From assembly GCA_017410505.1 (NCBI GenBank), contig JAFQQR010000020.1, forward strand, positions 3,521 through 67,520: 64,000 bases of DNA, in the 5' to 3' direction. Positions 47,129-57,629 of this stretch are shown in pieces. This stretch comes from Clostridia bacterium. Lineage in GTDB: Bacteria; Bacillota; Clostridia; TANB77; CAG-508. Position 1 is the first letter of the stretch. Every line of letters starts with the position of its first letter. Under the pieces are notes generated by a model. It saw only the letters and a program-made list of their open reading frames with translations, did not search any database and was not told the DNA's origin. The translations under genes and the position numbers were made by a program.

Positions 47129-47349
47129 CTTTCTTTTTTCTCCTTTTTCCTTTTTTTAAAACGATAACATCTCCAGGCTCGCATTCAAGAATATTACATA
47201 CTTTTTCTAAAGTAGAAAATTTTATACTAGATGTTTCATTATTCATCATGTGAGAAAGTGCTTGATAACCTCCGCTCCATTCTTTTCACAAACCAGTACT
47301 TCGTTTTATTTTTTTCTTCTAGTATTTCATTAATTTTTAAATATATCAT
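47121..47349 (-). CDS. XRE-family HTH regulator (75 aa); requires +1 shift at in-frame CGG (47274-47272)
   Basis: ATG 47349 follows GGAGGTG. The 0 frame stops 11 codons after CGG. The +1 frame gives KRME-G-GYQALSHMMNNETSSIKFSTLEKVCNILECEPGDVIVL, a typical short XRE HTH, ending in ATGAGTAA overlap with the downstream MutS-I-like ORF. Confidence 0.7.
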
Positions 47350-47505
47350 TATGACACCTCCTTATATATATTTTACAAAAAAGTTCTCTAGATTTTAACT
47401 ATTCGCTGGTATAACTGCATTTGACTAAACTTAAATGTAAAATATCTATTTTACAAGATAGGTATTTTTTGGTATAATGATATCAAAAAAATGGAAGTGA
47501 TTTAT

Positions 47506-47679
47506 ATGGATATACAAATGCACTTATATACAATAAGTGAAGTAAAAAGATTTATTAGGGAAAAAGATTATGAAGGACTAAAAAAATACATAGAAGAAAG
47601 AGAAAAACAAGTAAGGGCATACCAGGAAGAAGATAAATCTGGAGATTATATTGAGGACCTAGTAAGCAAACTTACATAA
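47506..47679 (+). CDS. Hypothetical small protein
   Basis: In frame with track ORF 47491. TGGTATAAT (extended -10) lies about 30 nt upstream. Confidence 0.35.
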   Translation: MDIQMHLYTISEVKRFIREKDYEGLKKYIEEREKQVRAYQEEDKSGDYIEDLVSKLT

Positions 47680-47828
47680 TTTGTAGAATTTTGTCGTATT
47701 TTGTAAGTAGCTTAATATCAACAAAAAACAGACCTATACCTATCGTCCAGTATAGTTATTTTATTTGACATAATATGGTAAAATAGAATAAGAGATATCT
47801 CTAAATATCATTCATAGGAGGGATATTT

Positions 47829-47966
47829 ATGAGAGGAATATTAGAAAACATAGAATTAAATATCTTTGAAAAACTATTAAGTAAGGTTTTTAAAAGATAT
47901 ACATATAAAATATATTCAATAGGTATGCAAGATGGATACAATTGGCGAAGCAATTTGTATAAATAG
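47829..47966 (+). CDS. Hypothetical small protein (45 aa)
   Basis: RBS AGGAGGG, followed by a strong terminator. Below the track cutoff. Confidence 0.35.
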   Translation: MRGILENIELNIFEKLLSKVFKRYTYKIYSIGMQDGYNWRSNLYK

Positions 47967-47972
47967 CAAAAA

Positions 47973-48008
47973 AAGGAAAATATGTTATTGATATATTTTC
48001 CTTTTTGT
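47973..48008 (+). terminator. Rho-independent terminator
   Basis: AAGGAAAATAT / ATATTTTCCTT 11-bp stem followed by TTTGT. Confidence 0.65.
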
Positions 48009-48206
48009 AGTATAATAAGAAAGATTTGTTGATAATTTGTTGATAACGGCAGGAGTTTGAACAGGTTTCAGCAAGTTTTGGAAAAGGACGGAAAACGTTG
48101 ATTTATCAATAAAAACTAGATATTATAAGGCTTTCGAGAAATATAGAAAAAAAGAGCCTATTATAATACCAATTATAATGGAAGTTTAATATTTAAGGAG
48201 AGAAAA

Positions 48207-49847
48207 ATGAATTACAAAGATTTAGCAAATTTAATATTTCCAGACGCAAAGGAAATATCATATTATGAAGAAAAATATTTAGAAAGAAATTTACCAGAAG
48301 GAGCAATAGTTACAAGATATGCACCAAGTCCAACAGGATTTATGCATGTTGGTGGATTATATCAAGCATTGATAGCTATAAAAGTATCTAAACAAACAAA
48401 TGGGGTATTTTATTTACGAATAGAAGATACGGATCAAAAAAGAGAAGTAGAAAATGGAATAAAAGAGATAGTGCAATCTTTAAAAGACTTTGGATTAGAA
48501 GCAGATGAAGGTATGATTTCTGAAAATGAAGGAAAAGGAAAGTATGGACCATATAAACAAAGTCAAAGAAAAGAAATATATCAAGCATATGCTAAACACA
48601 TGATAGAACAAGGAAAAGCATATCCATGTTTCTGTACTCCAGAAGAAGTAGAAGAAATAAGAGCTAAACAAGAAGCTGCAAAAATAAGACCAGGATATTA
48701 TGGAGTATGGGCAAAATGTAGAAATGTTACAGTAGAAGAAGCTATGCAAAGAATTCAAAATGGTGAAAAATATATAATCAGATTTAAATCACCAGGAAGA
48801 GAAGATAAAAAAATAAAACATCATGATGTTATAAAAGGAAATGTTGATTTTCCAGAAAATGACCAAGATATAGTTATAATAAAAGCAGATGGACTTCCAA
48901 CATATCATTTTGCACATGCAATAGATGATCATTTAATGAGAACAACACATGTAATAAGAGGAGATGAATGGTTATCGTCAGTACCATTACATTTACAATT
49001 ATTTCATGAATTAGGATTTAAAGCTCCTAAATATGCACATATTGCGCCAATCATGAAAAATGATAATGGAAATAAAAGAAAATTGAGTAAAAGAAAAGAC
49101 CCAGAAGCAGCAGTAAGTTATTATGCAGAAGAAGGAATACCAGCAGAAGCGGTTAAAGAATATTTATTAAATATAGCAAATTCAACATTTGAAAACTGGA
49201 GAAGGGCTAATCCAGACAAAACTATGGATGAATTTGAATTGCAATTAAATAAAATGAGTGTAAGTGGAGCATTATTTGATATGGTAAAACTACTAGATGT
49301 ATCAAAAACAGTTATATCAAAAATGACAGCAGAAGAAGTATATGAAAATGCTATTACATGGGCTAAAAAATATGATTCAGAATTAGAAAGTTTATTACAA
49401 GATAAAGAATATGCTTTAAAAGTATTTGGAATTGAAAGAGGAAACAAAAAACCAAGAAAAGATATTTCAAAATGGGCAGAAGTAAAAGAAAATATTTCAT
49501 ATATGTATGATGAAGAATTCGAAAAGGACACAAACGAATATCCTTATCAAGTAATAAATGATAAAGAATCAATTGAAAAAATATTAGAATTATATATTGA
49601 AAAATATTATGATGAAAACGATGATAAACAAACATGGTTTGACAAAATAAAAGAATTATCAGGAGAAATGGGATATGCTAAAGAAGTAAAAGAATTTAAA
49701 GCAAATCCAGATATGTATAAAGCACATGTTGGTGATGTAAGTACAGTTTTAAGAGTTGCTTTAACAAAAAGAACTAATACTCCAGATATGTATGAAATTA
49801 TGCAAATTTTAGGTAAAGAAAGAATAGCAAAAAGATTTGCAAAATGA
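48207..49847 (+). CDS. gltX: Glutamate--tRNA ligase (long clostridial type)
   Basis: The class I HIGH region is PSPTGFMHVGG. RIEDTDQKRE. The KMSKS-type motif is KLSKRK. Confidence 0.85.
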   Translation: MNYKDLANLIFPDAKEISYYEEKYLERNLPEGAIVTRYAPSPTGFMHVGGLYQALIAIKVSKQTNGVFYLRIEDTDQKREVENGIKEIVQSLKDFGLEADEGMISENEGKGKYGPYKQSQRKEIYQAYAKHMIEQGKAYPCFCTPEEVEEIRAKQEAAKIRPGYYGVWAKCRNVTVEEAMQRIQNGEKYIIRFKSPGREDKKIKHHDVIKGNVDFPENDQDIVIIKADGLPTYHFAHAIDDHLMRTTHVIRGDEWLSSVPLHLQLFHELGFKAPKYAHIAPIMKNDNGNKRKLSKRKDPEAAVSYYAEEGIPAEAVKEYLLNIANSTFENWRRANPDKTMDEFELQLNKMSVSGALFDMVKLLDVSKTVISKMTAEEVYENAITWAKKYDSELESLLQDKEYALKVFGIERGNKKPRKDISKWAEVKENISYMYDEEFEKDTNEYPYQVINDKESIEKILELYIEKYYDENDDKQTWFDKIKELSGEMGYAKEVKEFKANPDMYKAHVGDVSTVLRVALTKRTNTPDMYEIMQILGKERIAKRFAK

Positions 49848-49877
49848 GACAGTTGGGACAGTATGAATCTGTCTCAT
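49844..49877 (+). terminator. Hairpin overlapping the gltX stop (possible terminator)
   Basis: ATGAGACAG / CTGTCTCAT 9-bp stem with a 16-nt loop and a weak T tract. Confidence 0.4.
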
Positions 49878-49901
49878 TGATTTGTCGAAAAAGGAGTTTT
49901 T

Positions 49902-50081
49902 ATGGAATATAATATAGGAGATATAGTAAGAACAAAAAAACAACATCCATGTGGTAGTAAAATTTGGGAGATAACAAGAATAGGGGTAGATTTTAAATTA
50001 AAATGTCAAGGTTGTGGTCATGTTGTTATATTACCTAGAGAGAAGGCTTTAAAGTCTATAACTAAGAAAATTGAAAATTAA
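49902..50081 (+). CDS. DUF951-family small protein
   Basis: DIVRTKKQHPCGSKIWEITRIGVDFKLKCQGCGHVVILPREKA matches the conserved Firmicute DUF951 pattern. 59 aa, below the track cutoff. Confidence 0.7.
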   Translation: MEYNIGDIVRTKKQHPCGSKIWEITRIGVDFKLKCQGCGHVVILPREKALKSITKKIEN

Positions 50082-50100
50082 GAGGGAAATATATATATTA

Positions 50101-50141
50101 AAAAAGTTGTTAAAAGGTATTAATACCTTTTAACAACTTTT
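50101..50141. terminator. Bidirectional terminator (long perfect palindrome)
   Basis: AAAAAGTTGTTAAAAGGTAT TAATACCTTTTAACAACTTTTT lies between convergent DUF951 and engB. Confidence 0.7.
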
Positions 50142-50723
50142 TTAAATATATTTCTCTATTTCATTCCAAACATTATCCATATAAATTTTTCTTTCAGAAG
50201 AAAAAGGAAAAGTAGGAATGTCTCCGATAGGATTAAGAGATTTTTGCAATTTTTTAGCAGTATCTTCAACTTTAGTAATAGCAATTTTGTCAGCCTTATT
50301 TGTTAAAATCATACAAGGAAGACCAGAACGAATGACATAATCGTACATAAGTTTATCATTTGCTGTTGGAGAATGACGAATGTCTACTAAAAAGATAATC
50401 AAAGAAATTTGATTTCTATTAAAAAGGTATTCTTCAATAAAATTGCCAACTTGTTCTTGTTCCTTTTTTGACATTTTGCTATAACCATAACCTGGTAAAT
50501 CAACAAAGTAAAATTTTTCATCAATATTATAAAAATTAATTTGACGAGTTTTACCAGGCTCGCTACTAGTTCTAGCTAATTTTTTTCTATTAATCATAGT
50601 ATTTATAAAACTTGATTTTCCTACATTAGATTTACCAACTAAAACAATTTCAGGTAAATTATTTTTTGGATATTGAGCAGGTTTTACTGCAGAAACTTCA
50701 AATTTGGGATTGTTTACTATCAT
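50142..50723 (-). CDS. engB: Ribosome biogenesis GTPase EngB/YsxC
   Basis: LPEIVLVGKSNVGKSSFIN (G1), GKTRQINFY, and DLPGYGY (G3). Confidence 0.9.
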   Translation of the reverse strand: MIVNNPKFEVSAVKPAQYPKNNLPEIVLVGKSNVGKSSFINTMINRKKLARTSSEPGKTRQINFYNIDEKFYFVDLPGYGYSKMSKKEQEQVGNFIEEYLFNRNQISLIIFLVDIRHSPTANDKLMYDYVIRSGLPCMILTNKADKIAITKVEDTAKKLQKSLNPIGDIPTFPFSSERKIYMDNVWNEIEKYI

Positions 50724-50766
50724 AATTCAACTCCTAATAATAAATATCAATAAATATGTGTCCCAA

Positions 50767-50784
50767 TTGGACAAAAATGTCCAA
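50767..50784 (-). terminator. Hairpin just downstream of the serS stop
   Basis: TTGGACA-AAAA-TGTCCAA. Confidence 0.45.
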
Positions 50785-52086
50785 TTAGAAACGTCCCTTT
50801 TGGACATTTGGGACAATTTTTTCTAATCCTCCCATATAAGGTCTTAAAACTTCTGGTATAATAACACTACCATCAGGTTGGTAATTGTTTTCCATAATAG
50901 AGATGAGCATACGAGGTGGGGCAACAACAGTATTGTTTAAAGTATGAGCAAAATAATTGCCATTTTCACCTTTAATCCTGATACCAAGTCTACGAGCTTG
51001 GGCATCTGTTAAGTTAGAACAACTACCAACTTCGAAATATATCTGTTGTCTAGGAGACCAGGCTTCTACATCACAAGATTTAGCTTTTAAATCTGCTAAA
51101 TCTCCACTACAACATTCTAATGTTCTAACTGGAATATTCATACTTCTGAAAAACTCAACTGTATATGACCACATTTTATTATACCATTCCCAAGAATCTT
51201 CAGGTTCACAAACAACTATCATTTCTTGTTTTTCAAATTGATGAATTCTGTAAACGCCACGTTCTTCTATACCATGAGCTCCTTTTTCTTTTCTAAAGCA
51301 AGGTGAATATGAAGTCATGCTATATGGTAAATTTTCTTTTTTTAAGATTTGGTCTTTAAATTTACCAATCATTGAGTGCTCACTAGTACCAATTAAATAT
51401 AAATCTTCGCCTTCGATTTTGTACATCATGGCATCCATTTCTTCAAAACTCATAACACCTGTTACAACATCACTTCTGATCATATAAGGTGGAATACAGT
51501 AAGTGAACCCTTTATTAATCATGAAGTCTCTAGCATATGTTAAAACAGCAGAATGTAGTCTTGCAATATCACCCATTAAATAGTAGAAGCCATTTCCAGC
51601 AACACGTCTTGCACTATCTAAATCTAGTCCACCTAATGATTCCATGATTTCACCATGATATGGGATTTCATAATCTGGAACAAATGGTTCTCCAAATTTT
51701 TGAATTTCAACATTTTCGCTATCATCTTTTCCAATAGGAACAGATTCATGCATAATATTAGGTATTTTCATCATTCTATTTCTAATAGCTTCAGAATAAT
51801 CATTTTCTAATTTTTCATTTTCTTCAAGTTTTTTATTAATTTCTTGAACTTTAGATTTTATACTTTCAGCTTCTTCTTTTTTTCCTTGTTTCATAAGATT
51901 TCCAATTTCGTTACTTAATGATTTTCTTTCAGCTCTTAAATTGTCGCCATTTAATTTTGCCTTTCTATTTTTTACATCTAAATCGATAATTTCATCGACT
52001 AAAACTAATTTTTGATCTTGAAATTTTTTCTTAATATTATTTTTAACCACATCTGGGTTTTCTTTTAAAAATTTAATATCTATCAT
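50785..52086 (-). CDS. serS: Serine--tRNA ligase
   Basis: N-terminal coiled-coil MIDIKFLKENPDVVKNNIKKK. Class II core with FRKEKGAHG, YRIHQFEKQE and GSCSNLTDAQARRLGIR. Confidence 0.9.
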   Translation of the reverse strand: MIDIKFLKENPDVVKNNIKKKFQDQKLVLVDEIIDLDVKNRKAKLNGDNLRAERKSLSNEIGNLMKQGKKEEAESIKSKVQEINKKLEENEKLENDYSEAIRNRMMKIPNIMHESVPIGKDDSENVEIQKFGEPFVPDYEIPYHGEIMESLGGLDLDSARRVAGNGFYYLMGDIARLHSAVLTYARDFMINKGFTYCIPPYMIRSDVVTGVMSFEEMDAMMYKIEGEDLYLIGTSEHSMIGKFKDQILKKENLPYSMTSYSPCFRKEKGAHGIEERGVYRIHQFEKQEMIVVCEPEDSWEWYNKMWSYTVEFFRSMNIPVRTLECCSGDLADLKAKSCDVEAWSPRQQIYFEVGSCSNLTDAQARRLGIRIKGENGNYFAHTLNNTVVAPPRMLISIMENNYQPDGSVIIPEVLRPYMGGLEKIVPNVQKGRF

Positions 52087-52151
52087 TTTATTACCTCCAG
52101 TGTCTTTTTGATTTTTTGAATGTTTATTTGAGAAATGTTTTCAAAAAGACA

Positions 52152-52388
52152 TTAATTAACTAATTCAAATCTATGTTTTTGGCCAGTTATATTATCTGGT
52201 CTTTCTGGTATTTCCGATAAAAACATTTTTTCAGGTCTTACCCATATTAAGCGACCATCTTCTCTTTCATACAAAGGTTTATAAATTACCATTCTTTCTT
52301 GAGTTTCTGAATCATAAGCTATATCTTCTACAAAATAATAGTTTCCTTTGAAATGGCGATAGACTTTGCCAATTTTTACTTCTTCCAT
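52152..52388 (-). CDS. DUF1653-family protein
   Basis: YRHFKGNYYFVEDIAYDSETQERMVIYKPLY...WVRPEKMF. Confidence 0.7.
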   Translation of the reverse strand: MEEVKIGKVYRHFKGNYYFVEDIAYDSETQERMVIYKPLYEREDGRLIWVRPEKMFLSEIPERPDNITGQKHRFELVN

Positions 52389-52482
52389 AAAATATCACTC
52401 CTATAAAAATATGTTCATATTATATAATATTTTCTAATAAATGGCAAGAAAATGGGAAAAATTAATATAGAGGAGAATAAAA

Positions 52483-53325
52483 ATGTTTGTGGAAATTATA
52501 AAATTTATATTTTATTCAAGTTTAATTGTATTAATATCAAAATATATACTTGTAACTGTATTAAGAAAATTGGCAGAAAGTTTAGATTTAAAGGCTAAGA
52601 CAGTAGGAGATGTTGCAGGATATGCTACATCGGTGCCAGAATTTTTGACAATCACAACATCTAGTTTGAGAGGACTTGAAAGTGCGAGTGTGTATAATAT
52701 ATTAAGTTCTAATATTATTAATTTCGTGCAATATTTAGGAGCAATTATATTAAATAGGAATACTGAAAAGTTAAAAAATCAAGCTATAAAAATAGATTTA
52801 ATTTTAGTTGTTATTACAATAATAATACCGATAGTGTTATTGAAATTTGATGTGGAATTGAATTGGTTTATGGTGCCACCTTTTATAATTTTGTATGCAT
52901 TTTTTGAATTTATAAATAATAATGTGCATAAATTATATTTACAAAAAGAAGATAAATATCTGGAATCAGAAATAGAGAAAGAGAAAAAGTGGGAGAAAGG
53001 TAATAAAAACAAAACTATAAAATATTGTATATATTTGTTGTTAGCAGGGTTTTTGCTATTTATAATTGGAGAGTTATTAGGAAATACTATGGAGAAATTA
53101 TGTAATTTATTTAATGTTTCAGAGGTAATTGTGGGATTTTTGCTAGGGTTTATGACAAGTTTGCCTGAACTTATAACTTTTTTTGAAGCTCAAAGGCATC
53201 ATAAAAAATCTGTTGATGATATGTTAGGGGTGGTTGAGGCTACTAATAATTTGTTAACTTCTAATGTTTTGAATTTGTTTGTAATACAGAGTGTGGGGAT
53301 TTTAATTGCTTGTATTAAGTTGTGA
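52483..53325 (+). CDS. CaCA-type (sodium/calcium exchanger-like) membrane protein
   Basis: Two alpha-repeat-like motifs (GDVAGYATSVPEF and GFLLGFMTSLPELITFF) in a multi-TM protein. Confidence 0.55.
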   Translation: MFVEIIKFIFYSSLIVLISKYILVTVLRKLAESLDLKAKTVGDVAGYATSVPEFLTITTSSLRGLESASVYNILSSNIINFVQYLGAIILNRNTEKLKNQAIKIDLILVVITIIIPIVLLKFDVELNWFMVPPFIILYAFFEFINNNVHKLYLQKEDKYLESEIEKEKKWEKGNKNKTIKYCIYLLLAGFLLFIIGELLGNTMEKLCNLFNVSEVIVGFLLGFMTSLPELITFFEAQRHHKKSVDDMLGVVEATNNLLTSNVLNLFVIQSVGILIACIKL

Positions 53326-53417
53326 CTCGAATTTTTAAAAAATGTATTGACATTAAAAAATATTTTTATATAATAACTATATAAAAATAAGGAACAAATG
53401 AATGAAGGAGAAGTAAA

Positions 53418-53756
53418 ATGGAAAAAGAAATAAGATACAAAAAAGAATTAAGAACTATTAAGGATTGTATAGAAAGGTATCCTAATGAACCTAAATATAA
53501 GGTTAGTGCATATACAGGGATTTCATTAGAAGTGATAAGGGAATTAATTGATCAAGGATTTTTAAGGGAAGAAAATGGAGAATTAAAAGTAGCTATGAAG
53601 AGTAATATAAATAATGAACAAAGAAGAAATCTAATTAATAGACTTGCTGTAGATACTCCAATTCATAATGTGAAACCACAAGAACGCTCACAATTAGTAA
53701 TAGATTTAATTAATAAAAAGAGTAGAGAAATGAGCAGTGAAGATTGGGAGAGATAA
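53418..53756 (+). CDS. Hypothetical protein
   Basis: Track ORF preceded by RBS AAGGAG and an upstream TTGACA...TATAAT-like promoter. Confidence 0.45.
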   Translation: MEKEIRYKKELRTIKDCIERYPNEPKYKVSAYTGISLEVIRELIDQGFLREENGELKVAMKSNINNEQRRNLINRLAVDTPIHNVKPQERSQLVIDLINKKSREMSSEDWER

Positions 53757-53924
53757 TAATAAAAATGCTGTAATAATATTTTAAAGAAATATTTTACAGT
53801 GTTTTTCATTTGAAATGTTTATTCTAAAAAATTAGAGAAAATATAAATAGTTCACAAAAAATTCACAAAAAAATTAGCAAAATCTATTGACAAGTGCTAA
53901 AAAAGGATATAATATATAAAAAGA

Positions 53925-53951
53925 TTAGCAATCGAAAACAAAGAGTGCTAA
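53925..53951 (+). promoter_or_regulatory. CIRCE operator (HrcA binding site)
   Basis: TTAGCAATC-N9-GAGTGCTAA versus the consensus TTAGCACTC-N9-GAGTGCTAA. TTGACA lies at 53887 upstream. Confidence 0.9.
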
Positions 53952-53964
53952 AAGAGGTGTTAAA

Positions 53965-54975
53965 ATGCTAGATGATAGAAAGAAAAAAGTATTACAAGCA
54001 ATAGTAGAAGAATATGTAAATACAGCAGAACCAGTAAGCTCTAATAGTATAGTAAATAACTATGGTTTAAACTATAGTAGTGCCACAATAAGAAATGAGA
54101 TGGCAAACTTAGAAAAAACAGGATATTTAGAAAAAACACATACATCAAGTGGAAGAATACCATCTGAAAAAGGATACAGATACTATGTAGATGAATTACT
54201 AAAAGATGATAATATAAGTTTAGAAGAAATTAAATATATAAGTGAAAAATTAGAAACAAAGGTAAATGAGATAGAAGACTTAACAAAAATCGCAACAACG
54301 ACAATTTCTGAAATAACGCATTACACAACTTTAGCAATAGGGCCAAGTACACAAGGTTTATTAATAGAAGAAATTAAATTTGTATTATTAGGACCAAGAA
54401 TGTTAATGGCAATAATATTAACAAATACAGGAATGGTAAAAGAAACAATAATAAAATTTGATGAAGATGTATCAGATAAACAAGTCGAGACAATAAATTA
54501 TATGTTTAATCAGAAATTAAAAGGTCAGCCTTTGGAAGTAATAGATCTTCCTTTAGAAGAGTATCTGATAAATGAAATGAAATACAGTGTAAAAGTAATA
54601 AGACCAATAATAGAGCAAATAAAAAGAGTTGTTAAACAAGATAGACAATTATATTTAGAAGGAACAAATAAATTATTTGATTTGCCAGAATTTAATAGTT
54701 TAGAAGTTGCTAAAAATTTTGTAAATATAATTGATGAAAAAGAATTGATGACAGATATATTAAATTCTGGATTTGCAAAAGATATAAATGTTTATATTGG
54801 AGATGAAACTGAAAAACAAGAATTAAAAGATTTTAGTATTATTACTTTTAAACACAAAGTAGGAGATAAAGATTTAGGAACAATAGGAATTATAGGACCC
54901 AAAAGAATGGATTATTCAAAGGTCATTTCTGTTATGAAATATATAAATAAAAAATTAAAAGATAAAGGAACATAA
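53965..54975 (+). CDS. hrcA: Heat-inducible transcription repressor HrcA
   Basis: LDDRKKKVLQAIVEEYVNTAEPVSSNSIV...SSATIRNEMANLEKTGYLEKTHTSSGRIPS. Confidence 0.9.
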   Translation: MLDDRKKKVLQAIVEEYVNTAEPVSSNSIVNNYGLNYSSATIRNEMANLEKTGYLEKTHTSSGRIPSEKGYRYYVDELLKDDNISLEEIKYISEKLETKVNEIEDLTKIATTTISEITHYTTLAIGPSTQGLLIEEIKFVLLGPRMLMAIILTNTGMVKETIIKFDEDVSDKQVETINYMFNQKLKGQPLEVIDLPLEEYLINEMKYSVKVIRPIIEQIKRVVKQDRQLYLEGTNKLFDLPEFNSLEVAKNFVNIIDEKELMTDILNSGFAKDINVYIGDETEKQELKDFSIITFKHKVGDKDLGTIGIIGPKRMDYSKVISVMKYINKKLKDKGT

Positions 54976-54994
54976 AAAATAAGGAGGATTAAAA

Positions 54995-55495
54995 ATGGCT
55001 GATAAAAAAGAAGAATTAGAAAATGAAAAAAAACAAAATGAAGAAGTGGTAGAAAAAAACGAGTTACAAGAGAAACAACAAGAATTGGAAGAATTGACAG
55101 ATAGATACAAAAGAATATTAGCAGAATTTGAAAATCATAAAAAAAGAAGCCAAAAAGAAAGAGAAGGATTGTATAACTCAATATTAGGAGATATAGTAGA
55201 AGTTATTCTTCCAATATTAGATAATCTTGAAAATGCTGCAAAAGTTGAGACATCAGATGAAAATTATAAAAAAGGTGTTGAACTTGTATTAAAACAATTC
55301 CAAGATGTACTTAAATCAAAAGGTGTAGAAGAAATAAATGCACTTGGAGAAACATTTGACCCAGAATTGCATGAAGCTGTTAGTAGTGTTCAAGATGATT
55401 CAAAGGGTGAAAAAGAAATTGTTCAAGAATATAGAAAAGGTTACAAAATAGGGCATAAGGTTATTAGACATTCTATGGTTGTAGTGGCCAATTAA
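54995..55495 (+). CDS. grpE: Nucleotide exchange factor GrpE
   Basis: RILAEFENHKKRSQKE, DNLENA, FDPELHEAV, and position between hrcA and dnaK. Confidence 0.9.
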   Translation: MADKKEELENEKKQNEEVVEKNELQEKQQELEELTDRYKRILAEFENHKKRSQKEREGLYNSILGDIVEVILPILDNLENAAKVETSDENYKKGVELVLKQFQDVLKSKGVEEINALGETFDPELHEAVSSVQDDSKGEKEIVQEYRKGYKIGHKVIRHSMVVVAN

Positions 55496-55670
55496 ATAGT
55501 TATTAAATTTATAAAAAATATAAAATAAGCTGAGCAAAAAAGATTTGTAAAATAAAATTTTGTAAAAATTTTATTTTATGATGAATGAAGCGAAGCGGAG
55601 TGATTTGCAAAAATTGAAAATGAAATTTTCAATTTTGTGATGAACGAACAAAGTAAGAGAAAGGAAGTAA

Positions 55671-57518
<1,848 letters not shown>

Positions 57519-57629
57519 ATTATAACAGAATTTAGATGATTGTCAGGAGTCAGACGTCGGAGGTCAGAAAATTGATGTTAGAAGTCAGACCTCAGACTTC
57601 TGATCTTGACTTTTATTATGGAGGAGAAA

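Larger units (their letters stand above)
1..47970. mobile_element. Integrated contractile-tailed (PBSX/Xkd-like) temperate prophage; integrase 3' end and attL lie left of the window, right boundary only approximate (somewhere 46.6-48.1 kb)
   Basis: Canonical order: int, CI-like/Cro-like switch, recombination/replication, small early genes, late regulator, terS/terL, portal, MuF, scaffold, capsid, sheath/tube/chaperone/tape measure, baseplate, fibre, holin, endolysin. Almost all are on the + strand with RBS-preceded, tightly packed ORFs. Housekeeping genes start at 48207. Confidence 0.85.

Noticed and set aside
47965-48206. T-box or other leader riboswitch upstream of gltX; I also checked upstream of serS at 52087-52151.
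   Set aside because: I could find no T-box consensus (such as the ...GGUGGUACCGCG-type element), no specifier-loop architecture and no antiterminator/terminator pair. The serS upstream spacer is far too short.
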